A DNA stretch of 64,000 bases from an uncultured Clostridium sp. (GCA_900553015.1 USBY01000006.1:19999-83998); one strand, 5' to 3'; positions 1 through 12,250 are shown, numbered from the stretch's first letter. The notes: generated by a model not told the origin, from the letters alone. Program-made: numbers and translations.

Positions 1-1407
<1,407 letters not shown>

Positions 1408-1472
1408 TTAGTTTCGCAAAACTATTTATTTAATTGCCCTGCCTAAATATAAAATTTAGGCAGCAATCTTTT

Positions 1473-4400
1473 TTAATCTAAATCTTCATCATCATCAAGA
1501 TTATCTTTTGCTAAGTCATTACCATATAGGCCTTCATCATCTAAAAGTTCATCATTTTCAAATAGTTCATCACTATCTTCTTCTTTGTCTAAATCGATTT
1601 CTTCATCGTCAGCTTCTATATATGAACTTTCAATTTCGCTTTCATTTAGAACTAAATCTTCTTTCTTCTTTGCTTCATTATAGTCTATACCTTCGTCGAT
1701 ATCTTCTTTTAGTTCAATTTCTTTATTATCTTTTGTATATAATCTCATATCTAATCCTAATGATTGTAGTTCTTTTATTAATACTTTGAATGTTTCTGGA
1801 ATTCCAGGTTCTGGAACGTTTTCTCCTTTAACAATTGCTTCATAAGTTTTAACTCTTCCTACTACATCATCAGATTTAACTGTTAACATTTCTTGTAATG
1901 TATGAGCTGCACCATATGCTTCTAGTGCCCAAACTTCCATTTCTCCGAAACGTTGTCCACCGAATTGAGCTTTACCTCCTAATGGTTGTTGTGTAACTAA
2001 AGAATATGGTCCTGTTGAACGAGCATGTATTTTGTCATCTACTAAGTGATGTAACTTAAGCATGTACATAACTCCTACTGTAATTGGTTCAGCAAATGGA
2101 TCACCTGTTCTTCCATCATAAAGAATTGTTTTTCCATCTGGTGTATTTCCAGATTTAACTAATAATTCTTCTATTTCTTCAGATGTTGCACCATCAAAAA
2201 CTGGTGTTGCAACATTCCATCCTAATTCTTTTGCCGCTAATCCTAAGTGTACCTCTAAAACTTGACCTAAGTTCATACGAGAAGGAACACCTAATGGGTT
2301 TAATAGGATATCTACTGGTGTACCATCTGGCATAAATGGCATATCTTCTTCTGGTAATATTCTAGAAATTGTACCTTTGTTACCATGACGTCCAGCCATT
2401 TTATCACCAACTGATATTTTTCTCTTTGTTGCTATATAACATCTTATTATTTGGTTTACACCTGGTCCTAATTCATCTGAATTATCTCTTGTAAATATTT
2501 TTACATCTACAATTGTTCCAGCTTCACCATGTGGTACTTTAAGTGATGTATCTCTTACTTCACGAGCTTTTTCACCAAAAATTGCACGAAGTAATCTTTC
2601 TTCTGCTGTTAGTTCTGTTTCTCCCTTTGGAGTAACTTTACCAACTAATATGTCTCCAGGTCTTACTTCTGCACCAATTCTGATAATACCATTTTCGTCT
2701 AAGTCTTTTAAGCTATCTTCACCAACATTTGGTATATCTCTTGTTATTTCTTCTGGTCCTAATTTTGTATCACGACATTCGCAATCATATTCTTCTATAT
2801 GAATTGATGTAAATACATCTTCTTTTACTAATCTTTCATTTAAAAGTATAGCATCTTCGTAGTTATAACCTTCCCATGTAGAGAATGCTACTAATACGTT
2901 TCTTCCTAATGCCATTTCACCATTTTTAGTAGCTGGCCCGTCTGCTATTGCATCACCTTTTTTAACTTTTTCGCCTTTAACTACTATTGGTCTTTGGTTG
3001 ATACATGTACCACCATTTGTTCTTTTAAATTTATTTAATTTATGTGTTTTTGTTGTTCCATTATTATATTTAACAGTGATTGCTTCACCTGTAACTTTTT
3101 GGATTACACCATCATCTTCTGCTAAAATTAATATTCCAGAATCTTTTGCCGCTCTATATTCCATACCTGTACCAACGATTGGAGCTTCTGGCATAATTAA
3201 TGGAACTGCTTGACGTTGCATGTTTGCACCCATAAGCGCACGTTTTGCATCATCATGCTCTAAGAATGGTATCATGGCTGCACCAATTGAAACTAATTGT
3301 TTTGGTGAAACATCCATTCCTGTTACCATTTCTTTGTCTACTTCTATAATGTCATTTCTATATCTAACTTTAACTCTCTTATTTACAAATGTTCCATCTT
3401 CATTTAATGGTTCTTCAGCTTCTGCAATATAGTTACCATCTTCTACATCTGCACTCATGTATTCAACTTTATCTGTAACTGCATGTGTTTCTGGATCTAC
3501 TATTCTGTATGGTGTTTCTATAAATCCATATTCATTTATTTGTGCGAATGATGAAAGTGCAGATATAAGACCTATGTTTGGTCCTTCTGGTGATTCTATT
3601 GGACATAGTCTACCATAGTGTGTATAGTGAATATCACGAACTTCGAAACCTGCTCTTTCTCTTGAAAGACCTCCTGGTCCTAATGCAGAAATTCTTCTTT
3701 TATGTGTTAGTTCTGATAATGGGTTTGTTTGATCCATAAATTGTGATAATTGTGAACTACCAAAGAATTCTCTTATTGCTGATGTTATTGGTTTTGTATT
3801 AATTAATGTTTGTGGTGTTACTACATCTAAGTCTTGTATTGTCATTCTTTCACGAACAACTCTTTCTAATCTTGTTAAACCAATTCTAAATTGATTTTGT
3901 AATAACTCACCAACACAACGTATACGTCTATTTCCTAAATGGTCTATATCATCTATTTCTCCTAATTTATGGTCTAAGTTTAATAGGTAGTTAATAGATG
4001 CTAATATGTCTTCTGTTGTAACATGTTTTGGAACTAGTTCTTCATATCTTTGTTCTAATGCATGATGTAAATCTTTTTCTTCTGTATTGTCTAATATGCT
4101 TTTTAATACTTCATAATTTACCATTTCTTTAAAATGTAAGTCTGAAATATCTACATTTGTTACAAAATTATGAATATTTACTGTTCCATTTCCTATTATT
4201 TTTACTGGCTTATCTTCTACTCTTACTTCTACAACATTTATACCAGAATTTTGGATTTCGTCTGCTATATCTTTTGATATAACTTCTCCTGCTTCTACAA
4301 ATACTTCTCCTGTTTCTGGATTAACTATATCTGTATGTGCAATTTTTCCTTCAATTCTTGTTGCTAAACTTAATTTCTTATTGTATTTATATCTTCCTAC

Positions 4401-5204
4401 TTTTGCTAAATCATATCTTCTTGCATCAAAGAATAATCCATTAAATAAGTTTCTAGCAGCATCTACTGTTGGAAGTTCTCCTGGTCTTAATTTTTTGTAG
4501 ATTTCGATTAATGCTTCATCTTGAGTTTTTATTGGGTCTTTTTCTAATGTTACTCTTAATTTTTCTTCATTTCCAAAGAAATCAAGTATTTGTTCATCTG
4601 TTGCTAAGCCTAAAGCTCTTAATAATGTTGTTACTGGAATTTTTCTAGTTCTGTCTACACGAGCATAAAAAACATCGTTACTGTCTGTTTCATATTCTAT
4701 CCATGCCCCTCTTATTGGCATTACTGTTGATGTAAATAATTTTTTACCTGTTTTGTCATAGGTAAAGTCATAATAACATCCTGGTGAACGAACTAATTGG
4801 CTTACTACAACTCTTTCTGCACCGTTTATAATAAATGTTCCGCTATCTGTCATTAAAGGGAAATCTCCTAAATAGATTTCTTGTTCTTTAATTTCTCCTG
4901 TTTCACGATTGATTAATCTTACTTTTACATGTAAACGTGTAGAATATGTAGCATCTCTTTCTTTAGCTTCTTCTAAAGAATATTTTGTTTTTTCTTCCAT
5001 GTAGTAATCAAAAAACTCTAGAACTAAATTTCCTGAATAGTCGATGATTGGTGAAATGTCTTTTAAGACTTCTCCTAAACCTTCCTCGACAAACCACTCG
5101 TAAGAATCTCTTTGCACCTTAATTAAGTTAGGCATTTCTATAAAGTCTCCAACTTTTGCAAAGTCTTTTCTTGAGCTTTTTTCATGCTTAATTTCTTTTA
5201 ACAA
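1473..5204 (-). CDS. rpoB: DNA-directed RNA polymerase subunit beta, 1243 aa, TTG start, long acidic C-terminal tail
   Basis: ORF translation shows hallmark beta-subunit segments (MLKEIKHEK...[24 protein letters not shown]...; GRHGNKG; acidic C-terminus). RBS AGAGGTGA precedes the TTG start codon. Confidence 0.98.
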   Translation of the reverse strand: MLKEIKHEKSSRKDFAKVGDFIEMPNLIKVQRDSYEWFVEEGLGEVLKDISPIIDYSGNLVLEFFDYYMEEKTKYSLEEAKERDATYSTRLHVKVRLINRETGEIKEQEIYLGDFPLMTDSGTFIINGAERVVVSQLVRSPGCYYDFTYDKTGKKLFTSTVMPIRGAWIEYETDSNDVFYARVDRTRKIPVTTLLRALGLATDEQILDFFGNEEKLRVTLEKDPIKTQDEALIEIYKKLRPGELPTVDAARNLFNGLFFDARRYDLAKVGRYKYNKKLSLATRIEGKIAHTDIVNPETGEVFVEAGEVISKDIADEIQNSGINVVEVRVEDKPVKIIGNGTVNIHNFVTNVDISDLHFKEMVNYEVLKSILDNTEEKDLHHALEQRYEELVPKHVTTEDILASINYLLNLDHKLGEIDDIDHLGNRRIRCVGELLQNQFRIGLTRLERVVRERMTIQDLDVVTPQTLINTKPITSAIREFFGSSQLSQFMDQTNPLSELTHKRRISALGPGGLSRERAGFEVRDIHYTHYGRLCPIESPEGPNIGLISALSSFAQINEYGFIETPYRIVDPETHAVTDKVEYMSADVEDGNYIAEAEEPLNEDGTFVNKRVKVRYRNDIIEVDKEMVTGMDVSPKQLVSIGAAMIPFLEHDDAKRALMGANMQRQAVPLIMPEAPIVGTGMEYRAAKDSGILILAEDDGVIQKVTGEAITVKYNNGTTKTHKLNKFKRTNGGTCINQRPIVVKGEKVKKGDAIADGPATKNGEMALGRNVLVAFSTWEGYNYEDAILLNERLVKEDVFTSIHIEEYDCECRDTKLGPEEITRDIPNVGEDSLKDLDENGIIRIGAEVRPGDILVGKVTPKGETELTAEERLLRAIFGEKAREVRDTSLKVPHGEAGTIVDVKIFTRDNSDELGPGVNQIIRCYIATKRKISVGDKMAGRHGNKGTISRILPEEDMPFMPDGTPVDILLNPLGVPSRMNLGQVLEVHLGLAAKELGWNVATPVFDGATSEEIEELLVKSGNTPDGKTILYDGRTGDPFAEPITVGVMYMLKLHHLVDDKIHARSTGPYSLVTQQPLGGKAQFGGQRFGEMEVWALEAYGAAHTLQEMLTVKSDDVVGRVKTYEAIVKGENVPEPGIPETFKVLIKELQSLGLDMRLYTKDNKEIELKEDIDEGIDYNEAKKKEDLVLNESEIESSYIEADDEEIDLDKEEDSDELFENDELLDDEGLYGNDLAKDNLDDDEDLD

Positions 5205-5499
5205 CTAAATCACCTCTAAAACAAAATATAAGCAGTTTGAAAAAATTGTATATGAACATTGAAAAGTCCCTCTTGCATCTAAAATTTTATATTAATTTCC
5301 AAATTCCTGCTTTATAAATTTTTCCATTAATATATCCTTTTAAATCAATTCCTCTTTCCAACTAATATAACCGTTTTTAGGCAACAAAAAGGCATGCTGG
5401 CAATTACCTGTTTTTATCTTTTGCCAACCTACCTTGTTCTTTAAAATTACTTTTTTCTAAATATTTTAATTATTTTTACCACCTTTTAGCGTTTAAAAT

Positions 5500-5545
5500 A
5501 CCGTTTGTATCATAGCACAATTCACCATGTTTTGTCAATAAATTA
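5500..5545 (-). promoter_or_regulatory. Putative sigma-A promoter for rpoB with an inverted repeat flanking the -35 box. Minus-strand -35 TTGACA at 5524-5529, TG-extended -10 TATGAT at 5500-5505, 18-nt spacer.
   Basis: Read directly from the sequence. The 10-bp inverted repeat AATTCACCAT (5510-5519) / ATGGTGAATT (5536-5545) brackets the -35 element, as an operator would. Confidence 0.4.
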
Positions 5546-5585
5546 TGGTGAATTTATACACTTTTTTTCTGCAAGGAAAAATATT

Positions 5586-6062
5586 TTAATTTAACTCTTC
5601 TAGCAACTTCTTTTTCATTTCAATTATGTCATAAAAAGGAATCTTTATTCCTCTTTCAAACATGTTAATTACTTGTCTTGAATAAGCTATTACTTTCTTT
5701 TTCTCTTTCATTGAAATTTCAACATCTTTGTTTGTTGTCGTATATTTTTCAAGTATGTATTTTTCAGTGGTGGGAAATAAATTCTGAATCAAGAAAACAG
5801 TTTTCTTTCCTACTACTTCTCCAAAAACAAAATTATATACTCTATGTTGTTTTTGTTTTTTATGTTCAAGTATTGTTTTATATTTTTCATATTTAGTAGA
5901 AATAGGAACAAACCAGATTATTCGTTTATCACATTTATCTTTAAAGCAAAAATAGCATGGTCTTTTACTTCCATTCTCTTTGTTGTCCATCAAATCATAC
6001 TCTTTAAATATGTCAAAAAATTCATCTTTAATAAAATAAAATTTTCCATCTTCTATTACCAT
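5586..6062 (-). CDS. Type III toxin-antitoxin toxin, ToxN/AbiQ-family endoribonuclease-like protein (158 aa)
   Basis: N-terminus KFYFIKDEFFDIFKEYD...NGSKRPCYFCF...IIWFVPISTKYEKYK parallels ToxN/AbiQ (KFYTIS.KYI..L...D.....N.RP..G.V....I.Y.APLSSPK). Size matches (158 aa). Preceded on the same strand by tandem repeats and a terminator hairpin, the canonical type III architecture. Confidence 0.7.
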   Translation of the reverse strand: MVIEDGKFYFIKDEFFDIFKEYDLMDNKENGSKRPCYFCFKDKCDKRIIWFVPISTKYEKYKTILEHKKQKQHRVYNFVFGEVVGKKTVFLIQNLFPTTEKYILEKYTTTNKDVEISMKEKKKVIAYSRQVINMFERGIKIPFYDIIEMKKKLLEELN

Positions 6063-6088
6063 TAAAATTCTCCTTTAAAGCAAAATAT

Positions 6089-6114
6089 GGGATCTACTAA
6101 AATTTATAGACCCC
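6089..6114 (-). terminator. Hairpin GGGGTCTATAAATTTTAGTAGATCCC between the repeat array and the toxin start, followed by a T-rich tract. Candidate attenuating terminator of the type III TA locus.
   Basis: Imperfect inverted repeat read directly from the sequence. Position matches ToxIN/AbiQ loci, where a terminator separates the antitoxin RNA from the toxin ORF. Confidence 0.4.
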
Positions 6115-6127
6115 ACATAATAATTAT

Positions 6128-6240
6128 CATTTTTTCACCTACTTATTTATATTCCGCAAGTAGGGGTGCGATTAACATTTTTTCACCTATACATTTATTC
6201 GACGCAAATAGGGTTGCGACTCACATTTTTTTAATAGTAG
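6128..6240 (-). repeat. Tandem direct repeats: 2 complete 48-nt units (6128-6175, 6176-6223) plus a partial third unit from 6224. Candidate type III antitoxin RNA (ToxI/antiQ/CptI-like).
   Basis: Unit A is cattttttcacctacttatttatattccgcaagtaggggtgcgattaa and unit B is cattttttcacctatacatttattcgacgcaaatagggttgcgactca, about 75% identical. The array sits directly upstream of the toxN-like ORF on the same strand. Confidence 0.6.
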
Positions 6241-6267
6241 ATATTAATATCTACTACTAGTATATTC

Positions 6268-6296
6268 ATTATACTTTATTTTATTTACAAAATCAA
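6268..6296 (-). promoter_or_regulatory. Sigma-A promoter driving the repeat array and toxin. Minus-strand -35 TTGATT at 6291-6296, 17-nt spacer, -10 TATAAT at 6268-6273. A 9-4-9 palindrome TAGTAGATAT-TAAT-ATCTACTA (6236-6262) lies at the transcript 5' end.
   Basis: Consensus hexamers with ideal spacing, read from the sequence. Confidence 0.5.
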
Positions 6297-6472
6297 TACA
6301 TTTTCAATTTTTTTGTGATAAAATTTGTTCCTTAATTCAACTTTATCTGTTTTTTAAAAAATAAAAATCACAAAAACATAATCTTCCTATTCTGCCATAA
6401 TTTAATTTGTAATTTTATATTTCATATGATATACTACAAAAAAATATTATAATAATTTAAGGTGATAAAAAA

Positions 6473-7966
6473 ATGCAAGATAATAATACAAAAGATAATA
6501 ACAATCAAAGAAATTTATCTGATGCTTTTGAGGAATTAAAAAAAGTTAGGAACAATAGTATGCAGGCAAAAAAAGAAACACCTAAAGAAGTAAATGAGAC
6601 TAAGCAAGTAAACAAAAATACAAATAATTCGACTTCAAAGCCTAAAAAAGAAAAACCTGCTAAACCTCCAAAAAGCAAGAAAGAAAAAAGAGCAAAAGCA
6701 GTAAAACCAAAACATGAACCAAAGCAAAAAAAATCTAACTTTAATGGTTCTTTTAGGTATAAGTTTGATACTTTAAAAAGTGATAAAAAGAAATTTAGGC
6801 AATTTATTATCTTATCTACGGTTTATTTGATAATTATAATCGCTTTAATTATTTTTATTGTTACATATATTTCTAATAAAAATAAAAAAGAAAATCCATA
6901 TGGCGATTTTAGTACTTACGAAAAAAACACAAATCCATTTAATATTAGTCAAATACTGATAGATAATACAAATTCTACTAAGACAAAGGAAAAAACTTAT
7001 AGGGATAAAGAAATTCCTTATTCTACTAAATATATTCAAAACTCATCTTTACCAAAAGACGAAAAAATAGTCAAGCAAGCCGGTGTCCCAGGTTTAGAAC
7101 GTGTTAATATTATTAGGACATATGAAGGTTCAGATTTAATTGATGAATCTACTTCTAGTATAGATATTTTACAAGCTCCTGTAGAGGAAATTGTTGAGGT
7201 TGGTACTTCTGATTTCTTAGTAAATTATAATGTACATTTAGGAGATACAATGTATGTTATTTCTACAGTATCTTTAATGGATGCAATTAACAATGGTTCT
7301 GAGATTTGTAAAATAACAAGATATATGGATGTTGTTTTATTAGAAGTCGTTGGTGATTGGTGCAAAATTTCTTTTGATGGACAAGAAGGATATGTTCCAG
7401 CATCTTCATTAACATCACAATCTACAACTCCTGGTATCGTTTCACAAAACAAAGTACAAAGAATTGTATCTAAATTAAACTTTAATATGGCATTAAATGT
7501 TAAGAGTGGTTTATCTCTAGATGATTACAAACGTATATTAGCTGATGAGCCAAGAGATGTAAATAAAGTAATATATAGTAATGCCGAAGCATTTTATAAT
7601 GCAGAACAAAAATATAATGTTAATGGACTTTTATTAGTAGCTATGGCTATTCACGAAAGTGGCTGGGGAACTTCTGCAATTTCATTAGACAAAAGAAACT
7701 TATTTGGTTATGGTGCATATGATAATGATGCATACAATTCTGCATATACATTTGATACTTATGCAGAAGGAATTGAGTTTGTAGCAAAAATACTTGCTAA
7801 AGCTTACTTAAACCCTGCTGGAATGACAATGTCAGATGGTGATACTACAACAGGAAGATATTATTCTAGTCCAACACTTACTGGAATTAATACAAGATAT
7901 TCTACAGACCCTAACTGGTGTACAAAAGTCTTCTCATACATGACATATTTTTATGATAAACTATAA
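6473..7966 (+). CDS. Membrane-anchored peptidoglycan hydrolase: Lys-rich cytoplasmic tail, TM segment, G5-like domain, SH3b domain and mannosyl-glycoprotein endo-beta-N-acetylglucosaminidase domain
   Basis: Glucosaminidase motif LLVAMAIHESGWGTSAISLDKRNLFGYGAYD. SH3b-like GDWCKISFDGQEGYVPASSL. G5-like segment KQAGVPGLERVNIIRTYEG. RBS AAGGTGA. Confidence 0.85.
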   Translation: MQDNNTKDNNNQRNLSDAFEELKKVRNNSMQAKKETPKEVNETKQVNKNTNNSTSKPKKEKPAKPPKSKKEKRAKAVKPKHEPKQKKSNFNGSFRYKFDTLKSDKKKFRQFIILSTVYLIIIIALIIFIVTYISNKNKKENPYGDFSTYEKNTNPFNISQILIDNTNSTKTKEKTYRDKEIPYSTKYIQNSSLPKDEKIVKQAGVPGLERVNIIRTYEGSDLIDESTSSIDILQAPVEEIVEVGTSDFLVNYNVHLGDTMYVISTVSLMDAINNGSEICKITRYMDVVLLEVVGDWCKISFDGQEGYVPASSLTSQSTTPGIVSQNKVQRIVSKLNFNMALNVKSGLSLDDYKRILADEPRDVNKVIYSNAEAFYNAEQKYNVNGLLLVAMAIHESGWGTSAISLDKRNLFGYGAYDNDAYNSAYTFDTYAEGIEFVAKILAKAYLNPAGMTMSDGDTTTGRYYSSPTLTGINTRYSTDPNWCTKVFSYMTYFYDKL

Positions 7967-8049
7967 GTTCACTTAGCATAAAAGGGACTATAACAACAAT
8001 ATCATGTCCCTTTTATGAGTATAATTATTCACAAAGCAAGGAGATTCAA

Positions 8050-8880
8050 ATGAAGAAATTGTTAAAAAAGAAAGATTTAATTATTTTATTAGTATTAATA
8101 ATTATATTAATAAGTTTAATTCCTTTCTATGTTTTAAAAATTAGAGATATCATTTATAGTAATAAATTTGCAACGTATTCTTACGAAACCTATACTAACT
8201 ATACTAACCCAATTTTTTCTATAGAAAAGATTGTATATTATAGTAATGCTTTTGTAACAGATAATAGTTCAGATGATAATTTTCAAAATATAAATGTTGG
8301 ACAATATACAGATATAGCTATATATATTAATAATACAAATGCTTCTGACGAACTAACTGATGAAAATACAATCGCTGAATTGTATATAGATAACATAAAG
8401 GTTACAGGTGATTCTGACAAAGGTACAAGAACACTTTGCTATAAAAACCCATATTATTTTGCTACTTATAAAGGGTTACAAGAACCTGAAAATGGAAGAA
8501 TTAATTTTAATATTATAACTAATAATAAAGATAATAAAGAAAGTGCATATAACAATCCTTCTTTTTACCAAGATTGTTCTAACCCAATATCTTTAGGCTA
8601 CATAAATAAAGATATTGTAACAAATTATGAGATTGCAAATACAGATACTCTTTCTTTAAATGGAACTATTCTACAAAAAGCCAATATTACTTTAGAGGAT
8701 TTAACTTTTAATATGAGCTTTACTATACATATAAAAAATAATAAAGGCGAAGAATTTATTTGCAATGTAGATAGACCTGTTTTAAGTGATGATACTAGTT
8801 CACAACTTCTTAATGGATATATTGCAACCCAATATTCTCCAGATAAAGGAACATCTCAATTTATAAAAATTTCAGACTAA
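8050..8880 (+). CDS. Hypothetical N-terminally membrane-anchored extracytoplasmic protein (276 aa, Asn/Thr/Tyr-rich)
   Basis: Long ORF with an N-terminal TM helix. Co-directional with the flanking cell-wall genes. No recognisable motifs. Confidence 0.55.
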   Translation: MKKLLKKKDLIILLVLIIILISLIPFYVLKIRDIIYSNKFATYSYETYTNYTNPIFSIEKIVYYSNAFVTDNSSDDNFQNINVGQYTDIAIYINNTNASDELTDENTIAELYIDNIKVTGDSDKGTRTLCYKNPYYFATYKGLQEPENGRINFNIITNNKDNKESAYNNPSFYQDCSNPISLGYINKDIVTNYEIANTDTLSLNGTILQKANITLEDLTFNMSFTIHIKNNKGEEFICNVDRPVLSDDTSSQLLNGYIATQYSPDKGTSQFIKISD

Positions 8881-8910
8881 TTATTTAGTACTTTTTAAGA
8901 TGTATAATTT

Positions 8911-8950
8911 TCACCTATTCATGAATATACATGAATAGGTGATTTTTTTT
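8911..8950 (+). terminator. Rho-independent terminator hairpin (TCACCTATTCATG...CATGAATAGGTGA) followed by T8
   Basis: 12-bp stem and U-run, read from the sequence. Confidence 0.6.
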
Positions 8951-10469
8951 GAGGAAATTAAAATTGTTTATTATAAATGGGCTAGTTTTAACAGTTATAT
9001 CTATTTTTTTACAATTAATAGGTGTTTCTTTTGGTGTATATATTTCTAACAAAATCGGTGATGAAGCAGTTGGTTTATACCAGCTATTAATGTCTACATA
9101 CTCTTTTGGAATTACACTTGCCCTTTCTGGTATTAACCTTGCCTGTGTTAGAATTGTATCTGAAGAACTTGCAAAAAATTCTTTTAGTAATATAAGAAAT
9201 GTAATAAAAAAATGTCTTATTTATAGTCTATTTTTTGGCAGTTTAACTTTTTTACTATTTTGTATATTTGCAAATATGATATCTACATATATATTACATG
9301 AAAAAATTTCTACTTTAACTATATGTATAATGGCTGTATCTTTCCCCTTTGCATCTATTTGTTCTTGTTTAAATGGGTATTTTTCTGCAGTTCGACATGT
9401 AGTAAAAAGTGCTGTTATACAAATACTAGAACAATTTTTTAAAATTTTATTAGTAAGTTATATGCTTAACACCATATTTGACTCTTCAATTAATTCCGCA
9501 TGTAGTTTAATAGTTCTTGGCAGTTCTATAGCAGAAGGTATTACTTGCATATTAATGTTTATAACATATATAAAAGATAGAAAAAAATTATGTGGCAAAA
9601 GTAATGTATATTTACCACAAACCAGCAAAGGCATAACTAAGCGAATATTTAAGATTTCTCTTCCAATTTCGTCTGCAACATATATAAAATCTGGCCTTGC
9701 AACACTAAAACAAGTGGTTATACCATTAAAACTAGAAGCCTCTGGTTTAAATTGTAGCGAAGCTCTTTCTAAATATGGTATGATTAATGGAATGGTCTTC
9801 CCTATACTACTATTTCCTAGTACTTTTTTAAGTTCATTTAGTGGCCTACTAATTCCTGAATTTTCTTCTTTTAATGTAAGAGGAGAAAATAATGTTATAC
9901 AAGATTCTATATATAAAATATTGAAATATACAATGATTTTTTCTTTTTTTATTATTGGAATATTTTTATGTTTTTCTAAAGAATTAAGTTTATTAATTTA
10001 TAATAATGCTGAAATTTCAAAATATATAAAAATATTAGCTCCTGTAATTATTTTTATGTATTTAGATAGTATTGTTGATGGAATATTAAAAGGTCTTGAT
10101 AAACAAGTTAGTGTTATGATTATAAATATTATAGATTTAATAAGTAGTATTTTATTAATCTCTTTCTTACTACCTATGTATGGAACTTTTGGATATTTAA
10201 TTGTTATTTTTATAAGCGAGATTTTAAATTGTATTTTAAGCATATGGGTTTTAATTAGCACAACTAAAATAAAATTTAAATTTAAATTATGGATATTAAA
10301 ACCCACTATTATTTTGCTTATAAGTGTTGTTATTACTAATTTTCTAAAAATAAATGCAATTGCTATTTTCCCTTTAATTATTAATATATTAATTTACAGC
10401 ATTGCATATATTTTACTTAGCTTTATTTTTAAACTTATATCTAAAGCTGAAATTAGAAATTTTTTATAA
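8949..10469 (+). CDS. MOP-superfamily polysaccharide/lipid-II flippase (SpoVB/MurJ/Wzx-like), 12-14 TM helices. Start may be the TTG at 8964, which has an RBS (GAGGA).
   Basis: N-terminal segment ...GVYISNKIGDEAVGLYQLLMSTYSFGITLALSGINLACVRIVSEE typical of SpoVB/polysaccharide biosynthesis protein. Highly hydrophobic throughout. Confidence 0.8.
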   Translation: MRKLKLFIINGLVLTVISIFLQLIGVSFGVYISNKIGDEAVGLYQLLMSTYSFGITLALSGINLACVRIVSEELAKNSFSNIRNVIKKCLIYSLFFGSLTFLLFCIFANMISTYILHEKISTLTICIMAVSFPFASICSCLNGYFSAVRHVVKSAVIQILEQFFKILLVSYMLNTIFDSSINSACSLIVLGSSIAEGITCILMFITYIKDRKKLCGKSNVYLPQTSKGITKRIFKISLPISSATYIKSGLATLKQVVIPLKLEASGLNCSEALSKYGMINGMVFPILLFPSTFLSSFSGLLIPEFSSFNVRGENNVIQDSIYKILKYTMIFSFFIIGIFLCFSKELSLLIYNNAEISKYIKILAPVIIFMYLDSIVDGILKGLDKQVSVMIINIIDLISSILLISFLLPMYGTFGYLIVIFISEILNCILSIWVLISTTKIKFKFKLWILKPTIILLISVVITNFLKINAIAIFPLIINILIYSIAYILLSFIFKLISKAEIRNFL

Positions 10470-10563
10470 GAAAAGTGGCTTCTCCACATGTGCAGATTGC
10501 TTAGCAATTGGCACGGTCCAAGCCACTTTAATCTTACCCGCTAATAAAATATAGCGATTTTGC

Positions 10564-11004
10564 TTACACTATAAGGACTAATAATTCGTCTTGAGTTATT
10601 AGTTCTTTTTTTAATAATTCTTCTGTAACTATATAATGCATTTTTATATCTATTTTTTTGTCATCGTTAGATATTTCCATTATATCGTGATGTTCTGCCT
10701 CATTATATGATTTCATATCTATTTCATCTAATAGACTAATGTTTTTTTCTTCTCTATTTAATAAGCAAAAATATGCCCAATATTTGTATGCCAAATTATT
10801 AGCATCTTTTTTGTTACAAATAGTAATAAAAATTGTATCTTTATTGGTAACAAGTTTTATCCCGTTAAAAACTTTGTTATTTTCTATTAATTCAATATTT
10901 ATTAAAGATTCTACATCTTTTCCTAATTTTTCGTTTATTAAATTAATTGTTTCTTTTGTATTATTTTCCATATAGTTTTTTAAAGTTTGTAATTCTTTAT
11001 TCAC
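10564..11004 (-). CDS. Hypothetical cytoplasmic protein (146 aa)
   Basis: Intact ORF with RBS. No recognisable motif. Confidence 0.5.
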   Translation of the reverse strand: MNKELQTLKNYMENNTKETINLINEKLGKDVESLINIELIENNKVFNGIKLVTNKDTIFITICNKKDANNLAYKYWAYFCLLNREEKNISLLDEIDMKSYNEAEHHDIMEISNDDKKIDIKMHYIVTEELLKKELITQDELLVLIV

Positions 11005-11116
11005 AATTAATTAGTCTCCTTTCCAGAGTTTTTACGTTAATATTAAAACATATTTAATGAATTTTTACAAGAATAAATTATCGATATTATTCGTCATCTT
11101 TCGACAATATATCTTG

Positions 11117-12250
11117 TTATCTTTTACCTAAGGTTAAATTTACCGTATTGGTATTATTCCCTCTTCTATACTCTATTTTTATAATTTCTCCTGGATTTTT
11201 AGTATAGATATATTCTTTTATATCATTCATAGTGTATATTAGTTTATCATCTATTTTTAATATTATATCACCTTTTATTAAACCGCAACTTGCAGCTGGA
11301 CTATTTGTAGTTACTTCCTCTATATATACACCGCTATCCAATTTAAAAGTTTTATCTATATATGGAATAATATTTTTATCATATCCAGAAATTCCAATAG
11401 AAGGTTCTTCAAAATTGCCTGTAGTACTATATTTTTCTATTATTGGTTTAACTACATTTATTGGTACTGCAAATCCAATTCCTTCTGCAGTATCTATTTT
11501 TAACGAATTTATTCCAATGACTTCACCCGCTGTATTTATTAATGGTCCTCCACTATTTCCAGGGTTTATTGTAGCATCTGTTTGAATTAAATCTGTCATT
11601 AGGACTTCTTCGTTATTTTCGGTAAATTTTAGTGTTCTTGCTTTTGCACTTATTATACCTGATGTTACAGTTCTTTCGAATTCATAGCCAATAGGGTTTC
11701 CAATTGCATATACTGTTTGTCCTGCTTTTACACTAGTTGAATCTCCTAATTTTACTGCTTTTAATCCTTCTAAGTTTATTTTTACTATACTTAAATCTAA
11801 AGTTGCATCTGCCCAAACAACATTAGCATCATATGTGTTTCCATTTTCTAATGTAACATAACAACTACTATATTTATCTCCAGAAACATGCTTATTTGTT
11901 ATAATATATCCATTTGATGATGCAATAACTCCTGTTCCTAGTCCTAGTTTTTCTATTCCGTCTTCTGTAAATATAGAGCTTCCCATCTCTTTAATTTTAG
12001 AAATTCCAACAACGCTATGGTTAACCTCTTCTATTATATCTTCTATTGTTGTATCTTGACTTGTAACATTTTGTACAGTTTGACTTGTTCTATCTACTTT
12101 TAAGTCCTCATTAATTTTATTTACATCTGTTCTGATATATAGTCGTATAAGTGATGCTATTAAAACTATAGTTAATATAATAATAAATGCTATGAAAAAA
12201 TTTTTTCCTATATTCTTTTTCTTTCTTTTTACTCTTCTATATTTTTGCAT
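11117..12250 (-). CDS. htrA: HtrA/DegP-family serine protease with N-terminal TM anchor and C-terminal PDZ domain
   Basis: Trypsin-like catalytic motifs including GNSGGPL. PDZ-like C-terminus. N-terminal TM segment. Confidence 0.9.
   Translation of the reverse strand: MQKYRRVKRKKKNIGKNFFIAFIIILTIVLIASLIRLYIRTDVNKINEDLKVDRTSQTVQNVTSQDTTIEDIIEEVNHSVVGISKIKEMGSSIFTEDGIEKLGLGTGVIASSNGYIITNKHVSGDKYSSCYVTLENGNTYDANVVWADATLDLSIVKINLEGLKAVKLGDSTSVKAGQTVYAIGNPIGYEFERTVTSGIISAKARTLKFTENNEEVLMTDLIQTDATINPGNSGGPLINTAGEVIGINSLKIDTAEGIGFAVPINVVKPIIEKYSTTGNFEEPSIGISGYDKNIIPYIDKTFKLDSGVYIEEVTTNSPAASCGLIKGDIILKIDDKLIYTMNDIKEYIYTKNPGEIIKIEYRRGNNTNTVNLTLGKR

Noticed and set aside
1508-3432. Small plus-strand ORFs inside rpoB (1508..1789, 2998..3213, 3220..3432)
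   Set aside because: Embedded antisense in a highly conserved essential gene. No RBS. Spurious.
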